A stretch of 64,000 nucleotides of DNA from an uncultured delta proteobacterium. Its GTDB lineage: Bacteria > Desulfobacterota > Desulfobacteria > Desulfobacterales > JAFDCJ01. Both the position numbers and the translations under genes were made by a program. Positions 52,222 to 63,207 of the stretch are shown piece after piece (position 1 is the first letter of the stretch; every line of letters starts with the position of its first letter). Location: the NCBI GenBank assembly GCA_963769935.1, contig CAVYNY010000039.1:1-64000 (forward strand), written 5' to 3'. Under the pieces are notes generated by a model. It had not been told where the DNA came from. It was given only the letters and a program-made list of their open reading frames with translations, and did no database searches.

Positions 52222-54918
52222 TTATGTCCCGGCGACAGCGTCATCCGGCCGGCCGCCGGACTGTTGAATGAGTTTGGCCACCAGGCCCGTCCAGCCCGTC
52301 TGATGGCCGGCACCCAGCCCGGCGCCGTTGTCACCGTGAAAGTATTCGTTAAACAACAGGTAATCCCGCCAGTGGGGGTCATCCTGGAATATACGCCGCC
52401 CGCCGTAAATCGGCCGCTCACCGCTGTCGTTGCGCAGGAACAGCCGGATCAGCCGGCGGGACAATTCGGTGGCGACCTCACCGAGATTCATCAGTCGGCC
52501 GGACCCGGTGGGACATTCCACTTTAAAGGAATCGCCGTAGTAGTGGTCGAGCTTCTGCAGCGATTCAATCAACAGATAGTTGACGGGCAGCCAGATGGGT
52601 CCGCGCCAGTTGGAGTTGCCGCCGAACAGGCCGCTTTCGCAGTCTGCCGGCTGGTAGCTGATGGTATGGGCCTGACCATTCACAAAGAAGGTATAGGGAT
52701 TGTTTTTATGATACTTGGAAACCGACCGGATGCCGAACTCGGACAGAAATTCGTTTTCATCCAGCATCGGCCGCAGTATTTTTTGCAGCCGATCGCGATT
52801 GACGATCGAGAGCAGGCGACGTGAATTCTCACCCGGCGCTCTCACACAGGCCATATTCCCACTGTCACGCAGGTACAGCCGGTTTTGGAAAAACCAGTTC
52901 AATCGGCGTTTGAAAACCGGCAGGCTCTCCACCAGCTCGTGCTCGAGGGTCTCAACGGCCAGCAGGGGCATCAGGCCCACCAGAGACCGCACTTTGAGGG
53001 GCATGATGCGGCCGTCGGGCAAATGCAGGGCATCGTAGAAAAAACCGTCCTGTTCATGCCACAGGCTCAGGCCGCCGCGATAGTCACCGGTCATGGCCCG
53101 GGCAATGCGCAGGAAGTGCTCAAAAAATTTGCTGGCGGTATCCTGATAAACAGGATCTTGCCCGGCCAGCTCCAATGATATTTTCAGCAGCACCAAACAG
53201 TAGAATCCCATCCAGGCCGTCCCGTCCGACTGGTCGATGTGCCCGCCGGTGGGCAGCGGGGCGCTGCGGTCGAACACACTGATGTTGTCCAGGCCGAGAA
53301 AACCGCCCTGGAATACATTGCGGCCCTCTTCGTCTTTTTTATTCACCCACCAGGTGAAATTCAGCAGGAGCTTGTGAAAGATGCTCTTCAAAAACAGCGT
53401 ATCGGCCCGGCCCTGCTGCTTGGCGTCGATTTTATAAACGCGCCAGGCGGCCCAGCCGTGCACCGGCGGATTGACGTCGCCGAGCTGCCACTCATAGGCC
53501 GGCAGCTGGCCATTGGGATGCATATACCACTCGCGGGCCATCAAATCCAGCTGCCGTTTGGCAAAATCAGCATCCACCAGCGCCAGGGGGATACAATGGA
53601 AGGCCAGATCCCAGGCCGCATACCAGGGATACTCCCATTTGTCCGGCATGGAAATTATGTCGAAATTGCTCAAATGCTCCCATTCATGGTTGCGCCCCTG
53701 GCCGCGGGCCTTCGGCGGCGGCGGCATGGCCGGGTCGCCGTTCAGCCACTGCTCGATATTGTAGTAGAAGAACTGCTTGCTCCAGAGCATGCCTGCCAGG
53801 GCCTGACGCTGCACGCGCCTTTCGTCCGCACCCAAACCGCGATTCTGAATGGCTGCATAAAATTCATCCGCTTCGACCCGCCGCCGGTTGAAAATGCCCT
53901 CGAAGTCATCGAAGGCCGAAGGACGCGTTGAATTCGAAAGGCGCAAACGAAACACCCGGCTATCGCCCGCCTCAATTTGACTGCGGTAAATGGCGGCGGT
54001 TTTGGTGCCTTGCCGGGCAGGATTAACGGCATCGGCTTGCCCGTTGACCAGATAACGGTGAAACGCATCTTTGACATACGGACTGCCGTTGGAAAGGTTG
54101 TACAGGCGGGCGCTGTTGGTTTCGTTTTCGGTAAATATAAATTCGGGTGCATTTTCGGCATACAAGTAGTATGTGCCGGCGGCCGGGTGAACCGCTTCAA
54201 CTGCGGTAATTCCGGGTCCACCTTCAATTAGCTTGAGCAGCGGTTTGCCCGGTACATCGCCCATGGGCCCGTTTGCATACCCCCAGCTCCAGGTATTGCG
54301 AAACCACAGGGTCGGCAGAACGTAGCCCAAGGCCGAGTCCGGCCCGCGATTGGCAATCGAGACTTTGATCAGGATGTCGTCTGGGCCGGCCTTGGCATAC
54401 TCGACAAAGACATCGAAGTAGCGGTTTTCTTTAAAGGCTCCGGTATCCAGGAGTTCATACTCGGTCTCAAAAAAACCGCGCCGCGCATTTTCTTTAATTA
54501 GTTCGAGGTAGCCGAATTCGGTCTGAGGGTATTTATAAATCATTTTCATGTAGCTGTGGGTGGGAGTGCTGTCGAGATAGAACCAGTAATCCTTGGCGTC
54601 TTCACCGTGATTGCCTTCGGATCCTGTCAGCCCGAACATCCGCTCCTTCAAGATCGGGTCCCGGCCGTTCCACAGTGCCAGCGCAAAGCAAAGATATTGG
54701 AAGCGGTCGCAGATGCCGGCGATGCCGTCTTCCCCCCAGCGATAAGCTTTGCTGCGCGCATGATCATGGGGAAAATACTCCCAGGCGGTCCCTTTTTCAC
54801 TGTAGTCCTCGCGCACGGTGCCCCAGGAACGCTCGCTGAGATAAGGCCCCCATTTTTTCCAGTTGGCTTTGCGATCGCGATACTCGCGCAGCCGCCCGTG
54901 TTCAGCCGTATTTTCCAT
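52222..54918 (-). CDS. GH63/MGH1-like glucosidase
   Basis: [45 protein letters not shown] and HQTGWTG motifs. Confidence 0.9.
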   Translation of the reverse strand: MENTAEHGRLREYRDRKANWKKWGPYLSERSWGTVREDYSEKGTAWEYFPHDHARSKAYRWGEDGIAGICDRFQYLCFALALWNGRDPILKERMFGLTGSEGNHGEDAKDYWFYLDSTPTHSYMKMIYKYPQTEFGYLELIKENARRGFFETEYELLDTGAFKENRYFDVFVEYAKAGPDDILIKVSIANRGPDSALGYVLPTLWFRNTWSWGYANGPMGDVPGKPLLKLIEGGPGITAVEAVHPAAGTYYLYAENAPEFIFTENETNSARLYNLSNGSPYVKDAFHRYLVNGQADAVNPARQGTKTAAIYRSQIEAGDSRVFRLRLSNSTRPSAFDDFEGIFNRRRVEADEFYAAIQNRGLGADERRVQRQALAGMLWSKQFFYYNIEQWLNGDPAMPPPPKARGQGRNHEWEHLSNFDIISMPDKWEYPWYAAWDLAFHCIPLALVDADFAKRQLDLMAREWYMHPNGQLPAYEWQLGDVNPPVHGWAAWRVYKIDAKQQGRADTLFLKSIFHKLLLNFTWWVNKKDEEGRNVFQGGFLGLDNISVFDRSAPLPTGGHIDQSDGTAWMGFYCLVLLKISLELAGQDPVYQDTASKFFEHFLRIARAMTGDYRGGLSLWHEQDGFFYDALHLPDGRIMPLKVRSLVGLMPLLAVETLEHELVESLPVFKRRLNWFFQNRLYLRDSGNMACVRAPGENSRRLLSIVNRDRLQKILRPMLDENEFLSEFGIRSVSKYHKNNPYTFFVNGQAHTISYQPADCESGLFGGNSNWRGPIWLPVNYLLIESLQKLDHYYGDSFKVECPTGSGRLMNLGEVATELSRRLIRLFLRNDSGERPIYGGRRIFQDDPHWRDYLLFNEYFHGDNGAGLGAGHQTGWTGLVAKLIQQSGGRPDDAVAGT

Positions 54919-55099
54919 CACCCAACTCCTATGATACGGACGCTGCCATTGCATTTAGGATAGGAACAGGCCCATTAATGTCAAGTGAGCGGCCGGAAAT
55001 TCCGGACGGCACGCAGCGCTGGGGTGCAGCTTTAAATATGATATTAAAATCGACGCTTGTTTTTTTAGCCTGGAATATGGCAGAATAAAGACCGCCACC

Positions 55100-55534
55100 A
55101 TGAATACAAATAACAAGCGCTTTTATAGAAAATTGTCTTTTAAGGAGATGACGCCGGAAGAATGGGAATCCCTCTGCGATCATTGCGGGCTTTGCTGTCT
55201 GCATAAGCTGGAGGATGGAAAAACGGGCCGGATAAAATACAGCGGGATTGCCTGCGAGTTTCTCGACACGCACAGCTGCCTGTGTATGGTTTATGAAGAT
55301 CGGCAATTCGTCAAACCGGAGTGCATTGCCCTTGATCGTGATATCGTGAAGCAGAACAAATGGCTGCCGGAAAGCTGCGCGTATCGACGCCTGGCCGAGG
55401 GCAAAAAACTGGCCTGGTGGCATCCCCTGGTATCCGGTGACCCCACAACCGTTCATAAAGCGCTCATTTCCGCCCGCAGCAAAGTCGTATCCGGCCTGTA
55501 TGTTCACCCGCAGGATTTCGATAGCGAAACCTGA
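55100..55534 (+). CDS. YcgN-family cysteine cluster protein
   Basis: EWESLCDHCGLCCLHK and WLPESCAYR motifs. Confidence 0.92.
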   Translation: MNTNNKRFYRKLSFKEMTPEEWESLCDHCGLCCLHKLEDGKTGRIKYSGIACEFLDTHSCLCMVYEDRQFVKPECIALDRDIVKQNKWLPESCAYRRLAEGKKLAWWHPLVSGDPTTVHKALISARSKVVSGLYVHPQDFDSET

Positions 55535-55853
55535 GATTCTACGTCCTCCAAGGCCAAGCCTGGCGAAAATGACGGCTGTGGCGCGGCAAAATCACAAATT
55601 CCAAATCTCAAATCCCTGGCCCAGACCGATTTAACGCCGGGAGTATTAATTGCATCCACGGCAAGGCCAGAAAAGTATAAAGGTATAAACCAAGCGAGTC
55701 GCGCCAGGGCGGGCTCAAATAAATTTCAATGACCAAAATGCAAAATTCAAAACGGGACTCAATGTGTTTTGGTCATCGCTTTAGAAATATATGCGATCCT
55801 TTATCACAAAAGCGCAAAAGTTCTAAAACTCGAAAAAAAGGAAGGGAGATCAT

Positions 55854-56517
55854 ATGGCAGCCAAAGAGATGGCCTTAACAATCAAGCGAAATTTTCCGCG
55901 GGCAACCCTGGAGCTTGTCAAAAACTTCAGCAACCTGCCCACCGGAAATGTCTGTGATGCCCAGGGACGCGTCGGTGCGTTGGATTACCGCATAAAGCCC
56001 GTCGGCAAGGCATCGCAATTTTGCGGAATTGCCCTGACGGTCGATGCCGGCCCGCGCGATAATCTGGCAGCGTGGGCGGCGCTGGAATTTTCCAATCCGG
56101 GCGATGTCATTCTGATCGCCACCGGGGGACATCTGGACAGCTCCGTGGTCGGCGACCTTTATGTGGGAATGGCTAATAATGCCGGTGTTGCCGGCTGTCG
56201 TGACGGACGGGGTTGTCCGGGATTTAACCGGAATCGATGCGGTCGGCCTTCCCGTGTTTGCCCGGGGGATTTGTCCCAATTCACCCTGGAAAAACGGACC
56301 GGGCAGGGTGGGACTGCCGATCGTGATCGGGGGTGTCGCCGTCAAGGCCGGCGACATCGTGGTGGGTGATCAGGACGGTGTGGTCATCGTGGCACATCAA
56401 AAAGCAGCGGCAGTGGCCGAAGGACTGAAGGCGGTCCTGGAGAAAGAGAAGAATATGGAAGCCGCCGTGAGGGCCGGACTTACCGTGCCGGCCTGGCTCA
56501 AGGAGGCCTATAACTAG
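55854..56517 (+). CDS. RraA-family/HMG aldolase; apparent +1 frameshift near 56193
   Basis: TGNVCDA...GIALTV...DNL...VVGD in the first ORF; VVTDGVVRD...GDIVVGDQDGVV in the second. Confidence 0.82.
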
Positions 56518-56696
56518 CAAGGGTGTGGTTTACCTGGATTAGGCGATTAACTTCGTCGGTTCGACCATTTTCTTCCTGAGGTGCTTGAAGTTTGGACGAA
56601 CTGACACTCAAGGAAATAGCTTTTAGATAAATTCGCTGCACCGGATACGTCTATACCTTCAAGCATGATTTTGTAAATATAGGAGAGGAGAACCGC

Positions 56697-57668
56697 ATGT
56701 CATCTCATAAAGTGTTTTATTTCAGCCACGCACCGGAAAATGTCTACAAAATCATTCGTGAAGAGGTGCCCGCGGGCTTCGAGCTGATAACGCTCACTGA
56801 AGACGCCGATGACGAGCGCAAAGCAAAACTAGCGGACTGCGAGGTAGTGATTGTGGCCGCCCGGCCAATGTCCCGTGAATTTGTAGAAGCCGCCCCCCGC
56901 TTGAAGCTTTTGCACCATCAGGGCGTCGGCTATCAGGACACGGTGGATGTGGCGAGTTTAAAAGCGCGCAACATCGCCCTGGCGCTGACGCCTGCCGGCA
57001 CCAGCATCGGTGTGGCCGAGCATACGGTGATGCTGACCCTTGCTGCCTGCAAGCGACTGCCTTTTGCCGACAGCGAGCTGCGTCTGGGCCGCTGGCATAT
57101 TAACAGCCTGCGCCCCTTCTCTTTTGAACTGTGCGGCCGCACAGTCGGCTATGTAGGCATGGGGCGCATCGGGCAGGAAACCGCCGCCCGGTTCAAGGCT
57201 TTCGGCACCTCAGGAATTTACTCCGACCCCCACGCGGCGCTGCCGGCCGAGCGGGAAAAAGAGCTGGGTGTAAGCCGGGTCGAATTTAACCAGCTGCTGG
57301 CCGCCGCCGACATCATCACCCTGCATGTGCCGTCGGGTGCGGCCACCTATCATATGATCGATGAAAAGGCCCTGAAGCAGATGAAACCCAATGCCATTGT
57401 CATCAACACGTCCCGGGGAAGTGTCGTCGATGAACCAGCTCTCTGTCGGGCCCTGGAACAAGGCCGTATCGCCGGGGCCGGCCTGGACGTGTTCGAAACA
57501 GAGCCCTTCCGGCCGGACAACCCGCTGGCGGCCATGCCCAATGTCGTCCTGACACCCCATATCGCCGCCGGCACCCGGGATGCACTCAAAACCAAGATGC
57601 GCGCCCTGTTTAAAAATATCCAACGCTTTTTCAACGGCGAAGCTCTGGAGAATCAAGTTAATTTGTAG
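56697..57668 (+). CDS. D-2-hydroxyacid dehydrogenase family protein
   Basis: GYVGMGRIG, INTSRG, GLDVFETEP and TPHIA motifs. Confidence 0.93.
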   Translation: MSSHKVFYFSHAPENVYKIIREEVPAGFELITLTEDADDERKAKLADCEVVIVAARPMSREFVEAAPRLKLLHHQGVGYQDTVDVASLKARNIALALTPAGTSIGVAEHTVMLTLAACKRLPFADSELRLGRWHINSLRPFSFELCGRTVGYVGMGRIGQETAARFKAFGTSGIYSDPHAALPAEREKELGVSRVEFNQLLAAADIITLHVPSGAATYHMIDEKALKQMKPNAIVINTSRGSVVDEPALCRALEQGRIAGAGLDVFETEPFRPDNPLAAMPNVVLTPHIAAGTRDALKTKMRALFKNIQRFFNGEALENQVNL

Positions 57669-57768
57669 CCAAACGGGGGAAAATATTATCGATGAGGATC
57701 TTAATATATGCTGAGTCTGAATCGGGTAAGAGCTTGGACGTGCTTGGAGTAATGGAGTGATGGAAAAA

Positions 57769-58584
57769 ATGAAATGCGCCGACTGCCACTTCCACATCAT
57801 CGATCCGGCACGGTTTCCGCTGGCCGCAGGCCGCGGTTATCAGCCGCGGCCGGATGAGGTCGGCACGTTTGAAGATTTCAGCGCTTGTATGCAAGCCCAT
57901 AATATCTGCTGCGGACTGGCGGTGCAACCCAGCGGCTATGGCTACGACAACACGGCTTTGCTGGATGCGGTCAGGCGCTCCGGCGGCCGGTTGAAAGGCA
58001 TCGCGGTGGTGCCGCCGGGCATTGGTGAAAAGCAATTGCAGCAGATGAAAAATGATGGAATCGTCGGCGTGCGCTTCAATCTGGTGGATTTTGATCCGGC
58101 CGGACTGGCAAAAAAAGGCGTCGTTGATCTATTGGAGGGCGTGCGCACCTTGGATTGGTTTGCGGAGATCCAGTGCAGCGCAAAAGAATTCATCCGAATT
58201 GAACCGCTCATTCGCCGTACCGGCATTCGGGTTCTGATCGACCATCTGGGGCGGCCGGACCCGCGGCTCGGCACTGGTGAAGCCGGATTCAAAGCGATTC
58301 TGGCACTGGCCGACACCGGGCGGGCAGTGGTAAAACTGTCCGGGGCCTTCCGGGAATCCGGCCGGGCCTATCCATTTGATGACCTGGATCCGTTTGTAGA
58401 GGCCATTTTAGAGGCTTTTACATCGGAAAATTGCGTTTGGGGCTCGGACTGGCCGTTTTTAAACATCGATCCCAAACCAGATTATGGTGAAACGCAGGCC
58501 TGCCTGGAACGCTGGCTGCCCGATGAGGATCAACGCCGCCAGGTTCTGTGGGAATCGCCCAGGCGGTTGTTTGGCTTCGGGTAG
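57769..58584 (+). CDS. Amidohydrolase_2 family (LigI-like lactonase)
   Basis: DCHFH, VQPSGYGYDN, IDHLG, VKLSG and WGSDWP motifs. Confidence 0.88.
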   Translation: MKCADCHFHIIDPARFPLAAGRGYQPRPDEVGTFEDFSACMQAHNICCGLAVQPSGYGYDNTALLDAVRRSGGRLKGIAVVPPGIGEKQLQQMKNDGIVGVRFNLVDFDPAGLAKKGVVDLLEGVRTLDWFAEIQCSAKEFIRIEPLIRRTGIRVLIDHLGRPDPRLGTGEAGFKAILALADTGRAVVKLSGAFRESGRAYPFDDLDPFVEAILEAFTSENCVWGSDWPFLNIDPKPDYGETQACLERWLPDEDQRRQVLWESPRRLFGFG

Positions 58585-58600
58585 GGAATAAGGTTTGATT

Positions 58601-59602
58601 ATGACGACGAAATCCAGACTTAAGGTGGCCATTGCCGGGGCCGGCACGGTCACACGGCACCATTTGCAAGCCTGGAGCAAGCTGCCGCAGGTTGAAGTGG
58701 CGGCAATCTGCGCGCGACACCTGGCAAATGCCCGGTTGCGGGCCGCCGAATTCAACATCCCGGCCGCCTATGATGACGTGGCCGCCATGCTGGATCGCGA
58801 AAAACCGGATGTTCTCGATATTGCCACCCCGCCCGCTGTCCATCGCACCCAGGCGCTGATGGCGGCGGACAGAGGCGTCGACATCCTGTGCCAGAAACCC
58901 ATGACGCCGGATCTGGCCGAATCCGAGCAGCTGGTGGCCGAAATCGGCGACCGGGTGCGGTTCATGGTCCATGAAAACTGGCGCTTCAGGCCCCAGTACC
59001 GCCGGGCCGCCGAATGGCTGTCAGCCGGCCGGGTCGGACAGGTGCGGGAATTTCAATTGACTGTCCGCAGCTCGGGTCTGATTACCCGAACAGCGACCGG
59101 CCGTCTTTTCGCCCTCGAACGCCAGCCGTTCTTTTCCGGACTTAAAAGGTTCATCATTATGGAGCTTCTGATTCATCATCTGGATACCATCCGCTGCCTG
59201 GTCGGTCCGGTCAGCATCACGGCAGCCGGTGCCGCCCGCGTATGCCCGGAAGTCAGCGGCGAGGATGTGGCCCTGATCAGTCTGAAAGCCGACAGCGGTG
59301 CCCTGGGAACGGTCAGCGGCAATTTTTGCGCCGCCGGCTTTCCGCTGTTGCCGGACGACCGATTGGAGCTGATCGGCGAAAAGGCGAGCATCCTGTTTGA
59401 AAAAAACATCCTGCACCTTAGGGGTGAAACCGCAGAGACTCTTGAATTTGATTTCGCGCAGGCCTACCAGCAGTCCTATGACAATACCATTGCGCATTTT
59501 GTGAAGGCCCTGCAGCACGAGACGCCTTTTGAGACCGGGCCGGAGGATAATTTGCAGACGCTGCGACTCGTGGAAGCGGCATATAGACTGTCCGGAATAT
59601 AA
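58601..59602 (+). CDS. Gfo/Idh/MocA oxidoreductase
   Basis: IAGAG, DIATPP, CQKP, HENWRF and IHHLD motifs. Confidence 0.92.
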   Translation: MTTKSRLKVAIAGAGTVTRHHLQAWSKLPQVEVAAICARHLANARLRAAEFNIPAAYDDVAAMLDREKPDVLDIATPPAVHRTQALMAADRGVDILCQKPMTPDLAESEQLVAEIGDRVRFMVHENWRFRPQYRRAAEWLSAGRVGQVREFQLTVRSSGLITRTATGRLFALERQPFFSGLKRFIIMELLIHHLDTIRCLVGPVSITAAGAARVCPEVSGEDVALISLKADSGALGTVSGNFCAAGFPLLPDDRLELIGEKASILFEKNILHLRGETAETLEFDFAQAYQQSYDNTIAHFVKALQHETPFETGPEDNLQTLRLVEAAYRLSGI

Positions 59603-60247
59603 ACGCCGCCCGGAGCTGAAAAAGATGCCGGCCCTATGAATTCATCTACATATTTCTATAGACCAACCTTCATAATGTTACCGGCTTCAATCCGGCCTTT
59701 TTTATATCTATTCAAATTTATTCGAAATTTCCCATTCGGCGATAATGGCATGTAATTTGCGTGCTGAAATATAACTACGGGGCGGGTTTAAGACTTAATT
59801 CTTCAAAACCGGACAAGTTTTAAACCCCTGCCCCGATCTCAGAGCCGGCAGCCCCAACGTTGCGACATTGGGCGAAAGAAACTGACATCGATATGTGGTT
59901 GACCTTCTCCGATAAATTGAGGATTGTCCTGCGCCTTTTGCGCAGACGACTGGTGAAGTACATCATTGACCGCTCTCGCCGTCTGCGCATAACCTCATGA
60001 GACCCTGCCCATTCTAAATTCAGTGGAAATTATTTCGGCACGCGAGGTGTTTTTTTCGTTTTGCCCGCTCAAAGCATGTCCCTGCGGAGGCAAGGAGCGG
60101 GCATCCAGTCGACGCGGTTCCGATTTTTCTGGATTCCGGCCTTCGGCAGAGCCGGATCGCAGAAAAGCGCCGGTTTTGGGAACTACACATTAAGCAATGG
60201 AAAAAAGTAGTCTCACCCCCTTTCCCAGACCCATTTCTTCTCCGTAC

Positions 60248-60601
60248 CTATTCTTGCCTTACGCCGACATAAATACCTTTGTCAGCCCTTTTGATTTTTC
60301 CCGCTTTAAATGTTCTGTGAAGAATGTTCGTTATTTTCTTTTGATTAAAACCAGTCTTTTTCATCAGGGCAGCGGTATCAACTCCCTTTTTCGATCTATT
60401 GATGACATTCAAAACCTGATCCGTAGCGGTAACCTTGGTTGATTTCTTTATGGCGGGTGCTTTTTCCTTTGGGGCCTTTGCCTTGGATGCCTTTGGTACC
60501 GTGGTTTTGCTTTTCTCAATCGCCCTTAAAAACTTTTCCAGCTTTTTGTCCATAGCCTGGAACTCTTTCTTCAAGGCCGTTAATTCTTTTCCGGTTGTCA
60601 T
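60248..60601 (-). CDS. Lys-rich DNA-binding protein (histone-like linker + winged helix)
   Basis: KASKAKAPKEKAPAIKK linker; TATDQVL...LMKKTGF...GKIKRADKGIY. Confidence 0.7.
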   Translation of the reverse strand: MTTGKELTALKKEFQAMDKKLEKFLRAIEKSKTTVPKASKAKAPKEKAPAIKKSTKVTATDQVLNVINRSKKGVDTAALMKKTGFNQKKITNILHRTFKAGKIKRADKGIYVGVRQE

Positions 60602-60676
60602 TCTGTCTTTTCCTTTCAATTGGGATTAATGGTTATGTCGCAAGACTCATGAATGCGGCAGATCTATTTGGCCAGA

Positions 60677-61036
60677 TTATGCCGCCAGCAAAAGGCGCGC
60701 TTCTACAATGTCCCAGGGAACATTTATCCGATCATCTTTGGCACGTCCTATCAGCCCAACATTTTCCAGACGCTGCACATCCGTATATACATTTTTATAA
60801 TCTCTTGCCAGATCGTTCGCTAAGGCACGTATGCTCATTGGACCATTTGCATGCAATCTTTTTAGCAACGTCCAACGCCCTTGAGTCAACGTCTTGAGAA
60901 GCAATTCGAGGTTTTCGAAGTGCAACCGATTTTTTTCCTGAATCGCTTCACCACGTTCAGCAAGCTTCCAAACGTCAATAAACTCCTTGGCAGTAGTTGC
61001 TGCCTCGCCTACTCCAATAGCTATTTGCTTTTTCAT
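60677..61036 (-). CDS. HVO_A0114-like HTH regulator/antitoxin
   Basis: LTQGRWTLL...SIRALANDLARDYKNVYTDV...VPWD; overlaps the upstream gene. Confidence 0.82.
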   Translation of the reverse strand: MKKQIAIGVGEAATTAKEFIDVWKLAERGEAIQEKNRLHFENLELLLKTLTQGRWTLLKRLHANGPMSIRALANDLARDYKNVYTDVQRLENVGLIGRAKDDRINVPWDIVEARLLLAA

Positions 61037-61326
61037 ATTTCTTCTCTCCTTGCTTTTTCAATCTCTGCAAGAAAATCTGCCACTAATGTTTCCACATCAA
61101 TCAAAAGATAACTTTCTTCCTGACCGCCAACATGCTTATGATCGCCTTTGCCTGATTCATTATCAAATCTTACAAGGCAGGTTCCATCACCGAGTCCGTA
61201 ATAGAGCCGATACTTCAATCCATGCGGTCTATCCGTAGACTTGCGGGGAAGCTGCCAAAGAACCATCTCGCGTATAGTACCATCAGAATATATATATCTT
61301 TCCTGGTAGAGTAACCTTGCAGCCAT
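61033..61326 (-). CDS. DUF6516 (TumE-like) toxin of a TA pair
   Basis: PHGLKYRLYY...RFDNESGKGDHKH...LVADF motifs. Confidence 0.82.
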   Translation of the reverse strand: MAARLLYQERYIYSDGTIREMVLWQLPRKSTDRPHGLKYRLYYGLGDGTCLVRFDNESGKGDHKHVGGQEESYLLIDVETLVADFLAEIEKARREEI

Positions 61327-61824
61327 ATGGCATCTTATACCATATAGCGAAATTGAAGTAAAGAAATAAAAAAGGCCGCCGGATTTTACTGACGACCTTA
61401 AAATGCCCATTTTACCCCCAAAACGGCGGCCCCAAGCCAAAAAATCGACCCTATTTTTAGCTCTTTCCCCTATTACCAACTACTTGCGGTGGTCCGATCC
61501 CTTTTCCATCAATATGCTCAAAGTCATTGTCCGCAAACTCCGCATTCGGCACATGCGCTTTTCGAGTTTGACATTTCCGTGACAGCCGCGGTAAGAATCG
61601 GATATCAGACATCGATCCGGAGAAACAGTGTAGCCTTCATGCCGGCGCCTGCATCAGGCAAACTCGCGTGTTGCAAAATCCACAAAATTATTCCGGATCA
61701 TGGCTGAAAGAGTTTCATCCAGAGTCCGTTCCAATCGATTCTGTAGTTTTCGACAACCATTAACAACTGCGCGATCAGCAACGCCGATGCTTCAACCGCC
61801 GTCTTGGCAGAAAGGACGAATCGC

Positions 61825-62274
61825 ATGTTCAAACACATTCTTTGCCCGACCGACTTGAAAGAACGAGCCGAGCTCGCCGTCAAAAAGGCCACTCAGATTG
61901 CCCACCAGTTCGGCTCAAAAATCACTCTGCTAAACATCCACGAAGAGTTTATGGATGAAAAAGAACGGGAGATGCTGCGAGTCAGCGTCAACAAAATCAA
62001 GGAAAAATACAAGCGGATAGCAGTGGATTCCAAACAAGAGATGAAGGCCGTCATCAGTAAGCTGCATGCCGAAGATATCGAAGTGAATTACCTGCTGCAC
62101 AAGGGCACTCCGGAAAAGACCATCGTGGAGGTTGCGGACAAACTCGGCGTCGATCTGATCGTCATCTGCACCGACGGCCGGGATAACGTCATGGATTTCG
62201 TTACCGGTACAATTACCGAACATGTCATTAACGCCGCCCACTGCCCGGTTATGGTCATCCCCTATAAAAAGTGA
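61825..62274 (+). CDS. Universal stress protein
   Basis: FKHILCPTD and DLIVI...GTITEHVI...CPVMVI motifs. Confidence 0.92.
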   Translation: MFKHILCPTDLKERAELAVKKATQIAHQFGSKITLLNIHEEFMDEKEREMLRVSVNKIKEKYKRIAVDSKQEMKAVISKLHAEDIEVNYLLHKGTPEKTIVEVADKLGVDLIVICTDGRDNVMDFVTGTITEHVINAAHCPVMVIPYKK

Positions 62275-62361
62275 GCCATTCAGCCCGGGAGACATAGGCG
62301 ATGTTGTGTCCTGGGTTGGCTAACTTAAATAATTGACAACGATTGACGAGGAGCGGACCAG

Positions 62362-62982
62362 ATGACACCGTATCAAACAGAACAATTCCAAACCCTTCAA
62401 ATGGTAAGACGCTATCTGGCACAGATTTCCGAAGTGGAGCGCGAGACCCTCAACGAGAGCTTGGCCGACTATTTGACCTTTCGAGACGACGTCGATACCT
62501 TCCAGGAGAAATACTTTCGCGACATCTGCAACCGTAAATGTTTCCAAAGCGAGTTGAGTGCCTGCTGTTCCCGGGATAGTATCATCATCTTTTTTGCCGA
62601 TGTTATCATCAACGCCTTGCTGGCGGACCCAACGGCGCTTGATCGCCTGCAGGATGTACTCACGAAAACCCACGCAGGATTCAAATGTGTATTTCTGGGA
62701 CGTAAAGGATGCCTGTGGTCAGTCAAACCGATCATCTGTGAATTTTTTCTCTGCGATGCGGCGAAAACTGCTGTTTTAAAAGCAAACCCCGTTGCGCAAA
62801 AACGTTGGGATGCCCTGGTCGAGCGGAAAAAAGCCTATACCTGGCCGGATCGGCCGGTGCTTTTCGACACGCTGGAGCAAATATGTATCGACGTGGGGTA
62901 CACCTCGCCATTGATGTTTCTTCACAACAGCCCGGGACTCTTGCGTGTCAAACGCCGGGGGATACAGCATATATCCAAGTAA
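62362..62982 (+). CDS. Hypothetical Cys-cluster protein (YkgJ-like)
   Basis: CxxxC...CC and C.FL...GC....KP.IC..F.C pattern. Confidence 0.7.
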   Translation: MTPYQTEQFQTLQMVRRYLAQISEVERETLNESLADYLTFRDDVDTFQEKYFRDICNRKCFQSELSACCSRDSIIIFFADVIINALLADPTALDRLQDVLTKTHAGFKCVFLGRKGCLWSVKPIICEFFLCDAAKTAVLKANPVAQKRWDALVERKKAYTWPDRPVLFDTLEQICIDVGYTSPLMFLHNSPGLLRVKRRGIQHISK

Positions 62983-62984
62983 AG

Positions 62985-63049
62985 TCAGCCCAACATTTTC
63001 CAGGCGCGGCACATCCGTATGTACATTTTTTTAATCTCTTCCCAGCCTG
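62985..63049 (-). pseudogene. 65-bp relic of an HVO_A0114-like antitoxin gene
   Basis: TCAGCCCAACATTTTCCAGGCGCGGCACATCCGTATGTACATTTTTTTAATCTCTT aligns with 60750-60806. Confidence 0.7.
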
Positions 63050-63052
63050 TTA

Positions 63053-63207
63053 GGGCTCACGAAAAAATTAATTCACAGTTTTAGCGTTGAGGCGCCCGAC
63101 TGGCAAGGCACGAAAACGCAGGAATATCTGGATATTCCGAGCTTTCGCAACGCCGCCAGTCGGGATGCAGCGGCGTATAAAATGTGAAGTTATTTTTGAG
63201 TGAGCCC
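63053..63207. mobile_element. 155-bp MITE with TTA target-site duplication (IS5-family-like)
   Basis: Imperfect TIRs GGGCTCACGAAAAAATTAATTCACA / TGTGAAGTTATTTTTGAGTGAGCCC; TTA at 63050-63052 and 63208-63210; internal dyads. Confidence 0.82.

Noticed and set aside
61370..61500. AT/GC-patterned tract resembling a CRISPR leader or IS end
   Set aside because: No repeat-spacer units or partner inverted repeat were found nearby.
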